Part shown: positions 38,716 through 50,759 of the stretch, in pieces | Layout of the letters: each line of letters starts with the position of its first letter | Position numbering within the stretch: the stretch's first letter is position 1 | Source of the DNA: Sminthopsis crassicaudata | Taxonomy: Eukaryota | Direction of reading: 5' to 3' | DNA: 64,000 nucleotides | Assembly: GCF_048593235.1 (NCBI RefSeq) | Contig: NC_133619.1 | Span: 396,132,454-396,196,453, forward strand | The notes under the pieces: generated by a model | What the model was told of the DNA's origin: nothing | Databases searched by the model: none | The model's input: only the letters and a program-made list of their open reading frames with translations | Program-made: the position numbers and the translations under genes

Positions 38716-39178
38716 GTACAAGGAGCACGAGGATGGTTACATGCGCTTACAGCTGGTTCGTTATGAGAGTGTGGAGCTGACTGAGCAGCTTCTGAGGGAA
38801 CGAGAAGAGCAGGGGGGGCCAGGCCCAGGGGCAGCACTGACTGAGGGCAGCCTGCAAGGCATTATCCTGGAATCGGGGCCTGAGGAGCAAGGGCCTGAGG
38901 AGGAGGAAGAGGAAGAGGAGGAGGAAGCAGAGGGGGAGGAAAATGAGGGGGCAGCCCCTTCAGCTTCTGCTTCCCAGGACTCTCCCAGCCCTGTCATTCA
39001 TGTGCTGAACAGGACCAATTCCCAAGGCGAGCATGAGACAGTCTATTACGTTCTGGCCCCAGCCCCTGGAGCTCAGCCCCCTGCACTGGGAGAGGGAGCC
39101 CCAGACCCCGATCCCCCTGATGGCATCATGGAAAAACTACACAGGACAGCCGAGGAGCTGGGAATCTTAATTGAGTGA
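38716..39178 (+). CDS. HINFP: HINFP last coding exon
   Basis: [26 protein letters not shown]...[18 protein letters not shown], then TGA at 39176-39178. Confidence 0.96.
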
Positions 39179-39355
39179 GAGGCTGAAAGTCCCTCTCCCC
39201 TTGGGGTTTGGTGAGCCATTATTTTCTCACCCTGAATTTGAGATTGCTCTTCTTTTTTAAGGTTTTGTTTTTGTTTTTGTTTTTTTTTTTTTTTGCTCTC
39301 TTCTTTTATTCTCTGCTATGGTCTACTCTAGAGGACCTTCTGAACTGCCCTAGGT

Positions 39356-39361
39356 AATAAA
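39356..39361 (+). terminator. Proximal AATAAA in HINFP 3' UTR
   Basis: AATAAA ~180 nt after the stop, with a T-rich tract upstream and a GT repeat downstream. Use is unproven. Confidence 0.4.
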
Positions 39362-39370
39362 TGTGAGGGG

Positions 39371-39374
<4 letters not shown>

Positions 39375-39432
<58 letters not shown>
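39375..39432. repeat. (GT)29 microsatellite in HINFP 3' UTR
   Basis: Perfect dinucleotide run, read directly. Confidence 0.97.
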
Positions 39433-39434
<2 letters not shown>

Positions 39435-39988
39435 AGAGTGAAGTCTCTTAGCCCAAGAGCCAAACCTGAGAAGACAGGATCCCCTGGGAGAGGAGGAGGA
39501 GGATTGAGGGGATACTTCGGGAGATCAACCATTGGGTCACCCTAAGGAAAGGCAATGTCTCTTTCAAGTATGACCACAGAACAGTGAGGGGTTTAGAGTG
39601 TTTTTGCCAAGAACCCAGACCATGGACAGTGTGGCAGCAATTCTAAAGTCTACCCAGAATTTGGGTGGGTTGTTTGGAAGTGGAGGGACATTTTAGATTA
39701 AACTCCCAATCTTGAGCCTGTTGAACATAGACATTGTTCCTTAAGGGACACTAATTTCCTGGGATTATCTAGACCAGAGGTGTCTCAAGGCTTTTCCACA
39801 TTTCTGTTCTACAAAGGCCTCTACCATTTCACTTAGCCCCCCATCCCCAAGCCAAGAGACTTTTGCCCTGGTTTCTGGGTCTTTCTTCTATCCCCATAGG
39901 TGGATTACCCTCAGGGACAAGGTTGGGGGAAGCATTCATTAGGGGTACTGATTATCAGTGTGATCATATGATGGCTTTTCTTATTGGC

Positions 39989-39994
39989 AATAAA
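39989..39994 (+). terminator. Distal AATAAA, candidate HINFP poly(A) signal
   Basis: AATAAA followed by CA and then T-rich sequence (40015-40045). Confidence 0.55.
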
Positions 39995-41999
39995 CACATT
40001 ATGCCCATTTCATATTCCTTATTTCTTGTATCTTTGCTTCTCTGTCCACCCATTCTGGATTGAGGAGTTAAGTTTTTTCTGGACTTAGATATCTTTTTCT
40101 TAATGTCACCATTCTTACTTGTGGTTTGATGAGGACTTTTCCATTGGCTAAAGAATTAAGAGTATTTGGGGGAGGAACCTGGGAATGGAGAAGAGCTGAC
40201 ATGTTCTAGCTACCAGGCAACACTACCTGTCTTTCTAACCATGGCCTCATCTCTAGGAGAGGTTGGTAGGGTGGGGTCTATTTGTGACTAAGAGTCTCTT
40301 TGTCAGAAACCTCTTCACATTCTTTTTGTTTGTCTTGTCTGGCAGGTGGAATACTGGGAAGACCTTCCCCTTAGAAACGCACCCTTAGTTGGTCAAGCCA
40401 GTGTAGCATGTGTGAGCCAACCAGGAGGGGCTTAGGGACTACAGGAAGAGTTGGACCTGGGTCCCATGGAGATAGTTTTAGGTCAAAGAAGCATTGCTCT
40501 GGGTTTGGGTCTGGGAATTCTTGTTCTTAAACCATCTGTGAGGAAAGGACACACAAGAGGACCAAGTGATGGAGAAGCTGTGGGTGGACATCCTGGATTG
40601 GAATTTCATCCTTTCTTCTTGTTTGCCCTTGAAATCTGGACTTCTTCACATTTAACAGCCAAAGGGTAAAGCCTTAACAGTAGTTATACCTGGGGATGGG
40701 ACTTCTGGCAGGCATTTGGGGGGCAGGAACAAGGCATGGTACAGCAACTAGACTGGTAGCTTTTAGGCTGTAGAATCCAGTAGTTTCTGGAAACTGCCTT
40801 TGCATCTGGAGAAGCTGGAACTATGGTAAGAGAGCTGGTTTAGACCTCTACCAGTGCAGTCAGTTAGCGACTACTGTGCAGAGAGCCAAGTCCCAGTGGG
40901 ATGGAGAGCCAGAACAGCTTCAAAGACTCTCAGTGACTGGTGAGAAGGATCTTCCTTCCCTCTTTCATCCCTCCTCCCTGTAAGACCAGAAGATAGCCAT
41001 TACCAAATCTCTTAGCCTTTTGTACTTTCTAGAGGCGTGAGAGGAGGTTCAGCAATAATCAGGCGGCATAAACATTCTCTTACATTCTCAATATGTTGTT
41101 TTATGACTGTATTGGCTGGTTGACAGAGAACAGGAGATATTTGGTGAGATTAGGGGTGGGGAGGAAGCTGCATAATGAGTTTGAGATTTCTCTAATTTTT
41201 AAATTTTTGCACAATATTTAGTAATTCCTAGGCTAGAATTCAGAACCTAGGTCAATGAGAATTTCTTTCCTGGTAAGCCTTGTGAAGCTATTTGGTGGGG
41301 ACAGATTGTGTATGTGTGCATGGATCAAAGGTACTTGGATGAAACTACTGCCCTGGTGGCCAGAGTACATCACCCTAGAGAACAAATTGATAATAGGATA
41401 GGATAATGGTTCAGTGACACCTATCTGTCTGAAGGTTTATGGAAAACACACAAGGATTAGCTGGTGTATCCAAATTGTCCAAATGAATTATTTTTCTCAA
41501 CTTCAAACATGGGCTCACTTTTTAGAGTGGAAAAAGTTGGCCTGAAACAGGATAAACAAGGAGGTAAGGATTCAAGCTCGAGGCCAAGATGAAGAAGATG
41601 GACAGGACCCAGAGGCCTTTGTCTGATAGATGCCATTGCTTCCCACATCATTTGGATTTCCCTCCTGTCCATCAACAAATACTTATTGAATAATGGATCC
41701 TTGCCCTAATTTCATACAACTGGTATCTCATGAACTCATTAACTTCAATTCTAGTTTTCAAGGAGTTTTTTTCTTCAAGAGGTTTTTATACCTCTTGTTC
41801 TCAGCTATTCTTTTTTCTAAAAAAATTTTTTTTTCCTTTTACTGCTCTTTTATATATATATATAAAATTTAAAGTAATTAGAGTTGTCTTGCCTGAGGTC
41901 ACACAGCTAATAAATATCTGAGGCCAGTTTTGAATTCATCATTTTGACCAGGCCTGTGTTCTGTCCACTGTACCACCTAGCTGCCCCTACTACTGTAAT

Positions 42000-43620
42000 T
42001 TGAAATAATTTTCTCAGGGTTTTGCTTTGTTTTTTTAAACTCTTCTAGGAATTCTATTTGGCCTTGTATTCAAGTTGGATTTTTCTTTGAAGTTTTGCTT
42101 GTAGATGTTTTTAAGTCATTCTTCGGGGTCTGTGTTTTGCCCTTCCCTGTTGCCATAATAATTCTTTATGGTGGAAGTCTTTTTTTGTTTGTTTGCTCAT
42201 CATTCTAAAGCTTGCTCTTGGCTTTGGACTTCATGTTGGGGCTGGGCTCTACACCCTACTGGAAGGGATATCTCAATTGAGCTTTTGTCCTCTGACATTC
42301 TGCTGTTTTCACTTTGGGGACCTGTAAGGTATCAGGACTCCTGAAGTGATGTCATCCAGGGCAAAATCTGCTCACTGTCTTTCTAGTCTGAGTTCTGCAG
42401 TTTTCTGACCCAGGTTTGGGTCTGTGGGCTCATCCCTGGTTGGGATTTTTGATACAATCACCATTGAACTTGGCTGCTATAAGCCCACTTGGAGCCTCGC
42501 TGATTCTGAGTGACTGAGCTATAGGTTTCTCTAGTTTGGGATCCCTGCCATGGTGGTTCTACTTCAGGCTTCCACAGAAAAAGAGGGATGTTGGCTAGAA
42601 CTGAGACCTTGTTTTACTCCTGAGATCTTAGTTATTATTTGCTTGTCTGATTTGTTCCAGTCATTTTGGAGAACAATCTAGAATTATATTCAGAGAGTTA
42701 TAAAACTACGTATATATCTTTTGACTTTTCAATACCACTAGTAAGTCTGTTTTCAAAGATAGTAAGGGGAAAAAAAGAACCTATATGTTCTAAAATGTTT
42801 ATAAGTACACAGATAGGGTCCCATATTCCAACTCCTTTTCTCCCCTGGATCTGAGGCCCAGAACTGGGAAGTGGGTAACAGAGTTGGCAGAAGGTTCCTG
42901 TTGTGGGATCTCTTGGGATTTCTTTCTGTCCCAGTACTTCCTGCCATGATAGCTGGCTTTTCATCCTCTTTCAGCTTCTGGGTATTAGGCTGCTCCCTGA
43001 GCTGCATGTTCTTAGCCAGACCCACCCCAGTTTCACAGACCTCTTTTGTCTTTCCTAAACTACCTGGGTTAGAAAAATGACTCATTGTCACTTCTTGGAT
43101 TTTCCCAGTCAGAATTCTGTCTATTGCTTTCCTCTTCTTATTCAATATTTTATTTTCCCCCCAGTTACATGTGTAAACATTTCTTAATATTCTTTCTCTT
43201 CCTTTCTCTGAACTCCTCCATTGAAAATGCAATTAATTCAATAGGCTATATTGAAGTAAAAGGAAACCCCCCCAAAGGTTGGAGTTATAGATTGGTGTCA
43301 CAAGGTATCTCAAAAAAATTTGCAGATTTGAATCCATCTCCAAGTCAAGGGGCAAAGTGTATTATAATTGTAACACCAATTGAAGTGAACTAAATTCCAA
43401 AAGAATTCAGCAAAGTATCAGGAGCAAGAAGATAAATTTATAGGAAAAAGTTATAGAGACCAGCATCTTTATATTATATATTTGCTAGTTTTGTGGCTTA
43501 CAGGTAAGTATGAGGGGTGATCTATTCACTATTATTTCAGGAACTTTGTTATCACTGACCACTAGATTGTTTTATCTCACAGTCATCAATAATTGTTAAT
43601 CTCACAGTCACAGCACTATA
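42000..43620. mobile_element. Mosaic of L1 fragments (antisense 5' UTR/ORF1 pieces and sense ORF2 pieces)
   Basis: Antisense ORF1-start-like sequence at 42040-42200 and sense ORF2 pieces at ~42660-42810 and ~43230-43450 (TTCAGCAAAGTATCAGGA, the 'FSKV.G' RT region). Boundaries approximate. Confidence 0.6.
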
Positions 43621-44224
43621 CTGTAGTATTCCTAAGGACAGGAGACTTTAGGATTATTGACAAACAGATTGTTAGAACAATAGCTCTCCTAGGGTCAGGG
43701 GCCTCAGGATTATTGCTATATTTCTCCTAGAGGCTGTACCCCATGCACCCCTTTAGCTTTTGTGGGGAGCTAGGCGGAACTGCTTCCTTTTATTCCTCTA
43801 TCTTGATTTCTATTCTGATCCTATATTATTGGGAGGGGACCTGAACTGGGTTTGGCATTTTACAGGAAGGGTGAGGCGACTGGTGAATAGTTACTGTCTT
43901 CACTAAACAGTACTCTGTCATGAGGGTGGTACCTGTGACTAGGTCTGGACATCTAATGCTACACCAGCTTCAGGAGAAAAAGAATGTGTCATAAAGACTC
44001 AAAAAAACTGGAAGTTTTCTACATTCAAGGGAGAGGATTTGACCATAGAATATATTTCATAACTCCTCAAAATTAAAATACAAACTACTTTGTCATTTAA
44101 TGATTTTCACAATCTGGTTTCAATTTAACTTCCAAGGCTTATCAAGCATTATTTTCTTTCACATTACAGCTAAACTGATCTACCTGGTTCCCCATAGACA
44201 ACATGCCATCCCTCACCTCCATTC

Positions 44225-45310
44225 CTTGTTATCTTGTATGTCTGGAATTTACTAATTCCTTTTATTTATTTATATTTATTTTATTTTGAACTTAATCACC
44301 TTTTTTTCCAGTTACATATAAAGATAGTTTTCAGCATTCACTTTTTTTGATCTAAGCTTTTATTATTATTATTATTATTATAGCAAAACATATGCATGAG
44401 TAATTTTTCAACATTGAACCTTGCAAAAACTTCTGTTCCAACTTTTCCCCTCCTTCCCTCCACCCCCTCCCCTAGAGATATGGGTAGTCTTATACATGTT
44501 AAATATGTTAAAGTATATGTCAAATATGTATACATGTTTATACAGTTATCTTGTTGCACAAGAAAAATCGGATTTAGAAAGAAGGTAAAAATAACCTGGG
44601 AAGAAAAAAAAGCATTCATTTTTGTAAGTGTTAGAGTTCTAAATCTTTTTCTTCCTCCTTTACCTCCCTCTCCACAAGACAGAAAGCATTTTGATATAGG
44701 TTATATATGGTCATTTTAAACATGTTTCTATATTATTCATGTGAGAGAAAACTCAGAAAAAAAAGAAAAAGTGAAAACAATATCCTTTGATTCGAATTTG
44801 ATCTCTATAGTTCTTGCTCTAGATATGGATGGGCATTTTCCATCCCAAGTCTATGGGAATTGTCTTGTATTATTATATTGCTCAGAAGAAGTAAGTCAAT
44901 CATAGTTGATCACACAACATTGTTACTGTGTGTGGTGTTCTGGTTCTGCTCAGCATCAGTTCATGTAAATCCAGGATTTTCTGATATCCCCCTGCTTATC
45001 ATTTCTTATAGCATAGTAGTATTCCATTACATTCAGATACCACAACTTGTTCAGCCATTCTCCAATTGATGGGTATCTTTTCAATTTCTAATACTTTGCC
45101 ACCACATCAAGAGCTATTATATTTTTGTACATTTAGGATTATTTCCTCCTTTTTTATGATCTCTTTGGATACAGAACTAGTAGTATTGCTGAACAAAGGG
45201 TATGGACAGTTTTATAGCCATTTGGGCATAGTTCCAAATTGCTCTCCAGAATGAATCAGTTCATAACTCCACCAACAATGTGTTAATTCACTAACTCCTT
45301 ACATCTACTC
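44225..45310 (-). mobile_element. Nested antisense L1 3' ends
   Basis: A younger L1 3' end (~44335-44615, CCTTGCAAAAACTTCTGTTCCAAC) inside an older antisense L1 (GTTCAGCCATTCTCCAATTGATGGG). Confidence 0.8.
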
Positions 45311-45985
45311 AGAATTCTTAACCTCTTTGGAGGCTCAACTCAAGTGCCACATCCTACATGAGACTTTTCCTGATTATTCTGTATTAACTGTGTGTATGTG
45401 AGACACACATACACATACTTATATAATACACACATACATTTTGTGATTACTTCTATATGTATATGTTGTTTCCCTCCACAGAATGTAAGCTGCTTGAAGG
45501 TAGGGAAAGATTCATTATTTTTTTTGGATTCCCAATGTTTGGCCTGGTACCTAGCACATAATCAGTGCTTAATGAATACTTGTTGATGAATTATTCATGT
45601 TTATATTATACTTGAATATTTGAAAAAAAAAAAAAAGAAGTTTTCCTCACAATAACTTTTTAAGGTAAGTAGCACAACTATTCTAAAAATGAGGAAATTA
45701 AACCAAGACTGGCAAAACTTAAATGAATTGCCAGGAATTACGGTAAGTAAGGTTGTAGCCAGGATTCAAATCCAGTTTTCTTCTCAAAACCAACCAAGTG
45801 TTGTTTTCTTTATGTGATAGTGCTTTTTTGACATAGAATATAAACCTCTTGAAGGTGTGGTTGTTCTTTTGCTCCAAATTTTTGAAACCAAACACCAAGT
45901 GGATGCTTAATAAATTATTTTTGATTGACAGGACACATTCTTTCTGGGGAACAGAAGAGTTTAGACATTTTATAACTTTGTAGTA

Positions 45986-46526
45986 CAGGCATACCTTGGA
46001 GAAATTGCCAGTTTGGTTCTAGACCACCCCAATAAAGCAGATATCTCAATGAAGTGAATTAAGGGAATTTTTTGGTTTCCCAGTGCATAGAAAAGTTATG
46101 TTTAGGCTATACTATATTAAGGGTGTTGTAGTATTATGTCTAAAAAAGTATATGCCTTAATTTTAAAAAATACTTTTTTTTACTAAAAAAAAATGCTAAG
46201 CATATCTGAGCCTGCTTTGAGTTATGATCTTTTTTGCTAGCAGAAGGTCTTTTCTGGATGTTGGTGATTGCTGACTTATCAGGGTGGTGGTGGTTGCTGG
46301 AGGCTGGCTTGGCTACAGTAGTTTCTTTAAATAAAGTAACAATGAAGTTTGCTACAATGATTGACTCTTCCTTTTACCAGAATAGTTAGAAGCCATTGTA
46401 GGGTTGTTAATTGACCTAATTTCAAGATTGTTGCTTCTCAGAGAATGGGAAACTTGAGGAGGAGAGGAAATAAGTTGAAGTAGTCAGAACATACACAATA
46501 TTTATCTATTAAATTTACTGCATTAT
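45986..46526 (-). mobile_element. Tigger1-like pogo/Tc1-mariner element, internally deleted
   Basis: TA followed by TIR CAGGCATACCT. The interior follows the reverse complement of the Tigger1 end as I recall it (GGTTCTAGACCACC, GGTTTCCCAGTGCAT, ATCAGGGTGGTGGT), then jumps to the other arm (GAAGCCATTGTAGGGTT). The right end is interrupted by an L1 fragment. Confidence 0.8.
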
Positions 46527-48909
46527 TGGTGGAGTTGTGAAATGATCCAACCATTCTGGAGAGCAATCTGGAACTATGCCCAAAGGGCATAAGATTGTGA
46601 CATGGGAATGGATTTTGATATGTGATCTTTAGGAGGTTATAAAAAGGACAGATATAGTGCAACTAAAAAACATGACCACAAAATAGCAGAATGTCTCCCC
46701 TTCCTTGCTGGTTTTTCTGAATGACAATTGACAGAGTTCCTAAGTGGACAGAAACGGGGAAATCTCAAGATGAGGCAGATATAGAAGAGCTTAAGCATGG
46801 TAACAAAATTTCCAAAACCCCAAATCAGAACAAACTATCTCTTACACAAGGTATGCTGGGAAAATATAGTGTCAAATCATGGATTAGAATGATCTGTACC
46901 CTCAAAAAGCTTTCAGTCCAGTTGAAGGTACTATAAAGTAGTATGAGAAACAGTATCCACTGAATGGGATACACAATGAAGTCTGTTGGTTGAGGGGAGG
47001 GGGAAAGACCATTTTCAATTGGTGTCTGTCCAAGACCCAGACCACCATTCTTGCTCCTGTCCTCCCCAATTTAGTGCCTAACTGGCACTTGTCCTGGTGG
47101 GATCGATCGATCTATCTATCTCCCTCTCCTAGTAGAAAGAACAATGCCTTAGGAGTGAGAAGATTTGGGTTTAAAATCTGTTTTCTATCCACTCCTTTGT
47201 GATCTCTCAGGACTTCACCTTCCTAATCTATAAAATAAGATAGAATTGAAAAATCTAACATCCTTTCAAGCTCTTGATTTTTTATGATTCCCTCTATTTA
47301 GAATCTTTCAGATATCTGTGTAGGCTAAATGTCTGCCCTTATAGATTTCCAAGACCCAGGTTAGGGGGGAGTGGGGGAAGGAAAGAAGAAGGGAAGGAGA
47401 TCATTTTCCTATTATCTCTTTGTAAATCAGTTCTTAGACTTCAGACTGTTCAAATGTTTTGCACACAGTAGGTTTTCAATTAAAGCTGACTGAATTGAAA
47501 TTTAAGTTAATTTAATTATTAAATGAGAAAATCCATCATTGGGCTGGGGCTCTTCTATACTTATTTCTATTCAATGCCGTCCAGGAGTCCCAGTCCAAGG
47601 CCAGATGGAACAGGGTCAGCTGGAATTGACCTCCCACTGGTCTTCCTTCTGCCTCATTATTCCACCAGGACTTCAGCCCTATCAAGGCTGCCTTCTTAAC
47701 CATTATCTCCCCAAGCCCCTAGGCTAAGCCTGCTGCTTTTCCTGCTGTCAGATCTGTGAATGGATATACCCTGCTGGTGAGTATCCATTAGGAACAGAGA
47801 TGAAGGGGTGGACAATAAGGGTTATTCTCTGGACAGGAGTGGGGAAATGACCAAGTGCACTCAGAAATCTAGCTTTGTCCTGAAGATAACTTTTGTCTAC
47901 TCATTCTCTGTTATGAGGAGTAACAGAGATCTTTCCATATTCCCATGGCTAATTTTTTGAGAGGAGCATATTATACTATGTGAGACATTGGACCCAGGAA
48001 AACGGGTTCAAATCTTGTCTTAAATACTTATTAGCTGTGTAACCCATGGTAGGTAATGCAGTCTCTTTTTGCCTAAGTTTTCTATCTTTAAGGGGAGTAG
48101 GATGAATTGCCTTTAAAAACCATTCTAGCTCTAAAATGATGGTTCTACGACTTTAAGATCCTTGGCTGGAATTGTTCCTACTCCTCTATTTCAAGGACTC
48201 TTTCCTCTTGCTCCCCTTTTGTTTTCATTTTTCTCCCCATTTCATACTCAAGCAACCAAGGAGGTAGGGATGCTGGCTACAGCTAAAGCTGCTAATGCAG
48301 CCCTGGGAACAAATGGAAGATATGTGTAGTTGGAGGGAGAGAAAAAACAAATTCACAGTGTCTTTGAGGATGACTAGCTGTTTTCCTGGAAAAGTCACTA
48401 CTCTATTTCCCAGCTGCCTGCCTCTGTAAAACCACTATTCTGACTAATCATCCTGTCTATTCGGGAGGTAGGAGGGCAATTTGATTTGGTTTCCTTTCCC
48501 TGTCTTTTTCTCACCTTTTCTCTGGTTGCATTTCTCTCTGGAAACAGCAGGGGGTACAGGAGAGACAAGTACACTCAGTGGCCTAAGAGATAATGGGGTG
48601 GGGGGGAGAGGAGGAGGGAAGAGGAGATAAGGGAGGAAGGGAGAGTGTTGATGTAGAGCTGGGGCTCAGATGGCCTTAGGTGTCCCCATTCCAGTTCCCA
48701 CAGGACCCCACTTGCCTCCTCCCTCTACAGCCCCATAAATCTGTTCAGCAGCTGTCTCTTCCATAAATCCCCAGTCCAGCCCCTTTCTGTAGATTAGCTC
48801 TAAGTACTGAGCTGAGACAAGGACATTTCTGCCCCTGCCTTCATTCAGCAACCTTCAGACTGCTCAGGCTGGGGACACTGTTTTGGGATGGAGATTTTTA
48901 GAAAGAAAG

Positions 48910-49720
48910 AATGGGGGAAGATGTACTTTCAAGGGAATGGAAGTACCTCTATTTTGTACATGACAGAAGCCCAATAAAAATGTACTCAATGAAATGAATG
49001 TGAATGCCTGAATGTTTGAAGCAATAGAAGGGGAAAGGTAGGATGATTGGGATAAGGGGGACATATCCTGAGGAATGAAGGATATCTGTCCTTGGAAAAC
49101 AGATAAATTGTCCTTAGAAATGTGGAGTATGTCTTGGGGAACAGAGGATATCCTAGATAATGGAGTGTTATTATTGGAAAATGGAGGTTTTGAGAAATGG
49201 GATAGTCTGTCATAGGGAAAGGGGAGTATATTTCTGGAGAATAAGGAGGTTATCTTGGGGACTGGCAGGTATGTTCTAAGGAATAATAAAGAAGTTCTGT
49301 TTTTAGAGAATAGAGAATGTTTTGGGAAATGGAGAGAGGGATGTCACATTAAAATGACTTGTTTTAGGAAATGAATGTCCCAGGGGATAGAGGTATATTG
49401 TTAAAAGATGGAAGAGTCAGGAGTCTCTTAGGGAATATGGGTATATTATTGGAGAATGGGACATTGTCCGGCATGAGGGTGAGAGGAGATAGGAGAAATC
49501 TGTCCTAGGAAATAGGAGAGTATGGTTTAGGCATGAAGGAAAAAATGGGGGGGGGGAGGAAGTGGAGCCATAGCGAATGGTAGGGGTATTTCTTAGGGGT
49601 TGGGGATATGTAAATGAGGAATATATCCTAAGAAATTAGAGAATAGGTCCTAGGGAATAAGGAAAGGAATATTCTGAAAAATGGAGGTGGGCTTCTGTCC
49701 TGGGGAATAAATGACAAAGA
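48910..49720. repeat. Degenerate purine-rich minisatellite-like array
   Basis: Recurring core (T/A)GTCCT(A/G)GGGAA(T)A, for example at 49124-49142, 49499-49514, 49643-49659 and 49694-49709. Confidence 0.6.
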
Positions 49721-50759
49721 GGAAAGAGAAAACGATTTTAAGGAATTTAAATATAGTTTCCAAAGTAGAGGTCGAAGCAGAGTCACAGGAAGAGGGCAGG
49801 GATAGTGTCCAGCCCCTAGCCAACCTCCAGGTTGGCAAAAAGCAGATGGGGAGGAGATGGATGAGATTTGACTGCTAGTAACCTCACTACTGCCGCAGCA
49901 GCAGCAGCTTCCTTCCCCTCCCTGTTAGCTCAGCGCTGTGACAGGTGGAAGACTTAAAGACACAGCATCATGTGCCTCGGGCTGGCTAACCTACTTACCC
50001 TGGAGAAGATACCATGGCAGGATGGTAGGGACAGGTGGGGACTGTGAGGAGATGCCCTAGAAGGCCAAGCAAGATGAAATCCCTGTACGTGTGCTCATAC
50101 ATCTTGCATACATGTGAAGGCATGTTCAGGAGACCTGGGAGGGTGTGAAATGGAAAGTCACACAAATACCAAGGTCTTTGTGAGGGAATGCATATTCATG
50201 TTGCCATTGTCGGGTCAGTGCTTGTGAACAAGGTCGGATGATGGGAAGAAGTGTTTCTCCAACTGAGCAGGGAGGAGTAAGTGCATATTTGCAGGCAGAC
50301 ATGTGCTCGTGTACAGTTTCTCATGTGTCTGTACAATCTTGGAAGTTCCAGGTCCCTCCCCAAGAAACTGTCCCTCCCCTTCTTTCTTGCCCTTGGGCTC
50401 TGGCTGGGTGTGTGTGTGGACAGAAATTTGGAAACTGAGGGAAGGTTTTAAAAGTTCATTAGAAAGTGACCCCTCTCAGCTCCTCTCTTCCTGACACTTA
50501 ATACTTTGATTAGTGTCTCCTGGGATTGAGTCTCTTGGGAGAAGAGATGCTGAGTGAAGGTTGGGAGCTAAGGGCAAAGGAAGGAGAGGGGCGTGAGAGG
50601 AGCGAAGGGTGTTTAAACTGGTACAGAAACACAGTCCCCCATTGTCTTCCTTGTACAGCAGGACCCCTATTCTTTGAGACGTCTCATTCTCGGTTCTCTT
50701 AACGACTTCTTTCTTCCTCGCGCCTCAGTTCTTCCCTTGAGCCCTTTGTCCACAACTCC

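Noticed and set aside
42753-43232. 159-aa minus-strand ORF
   Set aside because: It lies within a mosaic of L1 fragments and crosses fragment junctions.
47546-47713. 55-codon minus-strand ORF (MVKKAALIGLKSWWNNEAEG...)
   Set aside because: There is an in-frame stop just upstream, no homology I recognise, and the length is within chance expectation. It would at most fall in the last exon of the candidate antisense transcript.
49991-50047. Resemblance to U1 snRNA (TACTTACCCTGG..AGATACCATG, then TGGTAG..TGGGGACTG)
   Set aside because: The match is short and gapped, with no stem-loop II/III or Sm-site body. The first part is expected for any perfect 5' splice site on the opposite strand. An Rfam/Infernal search would settle it.
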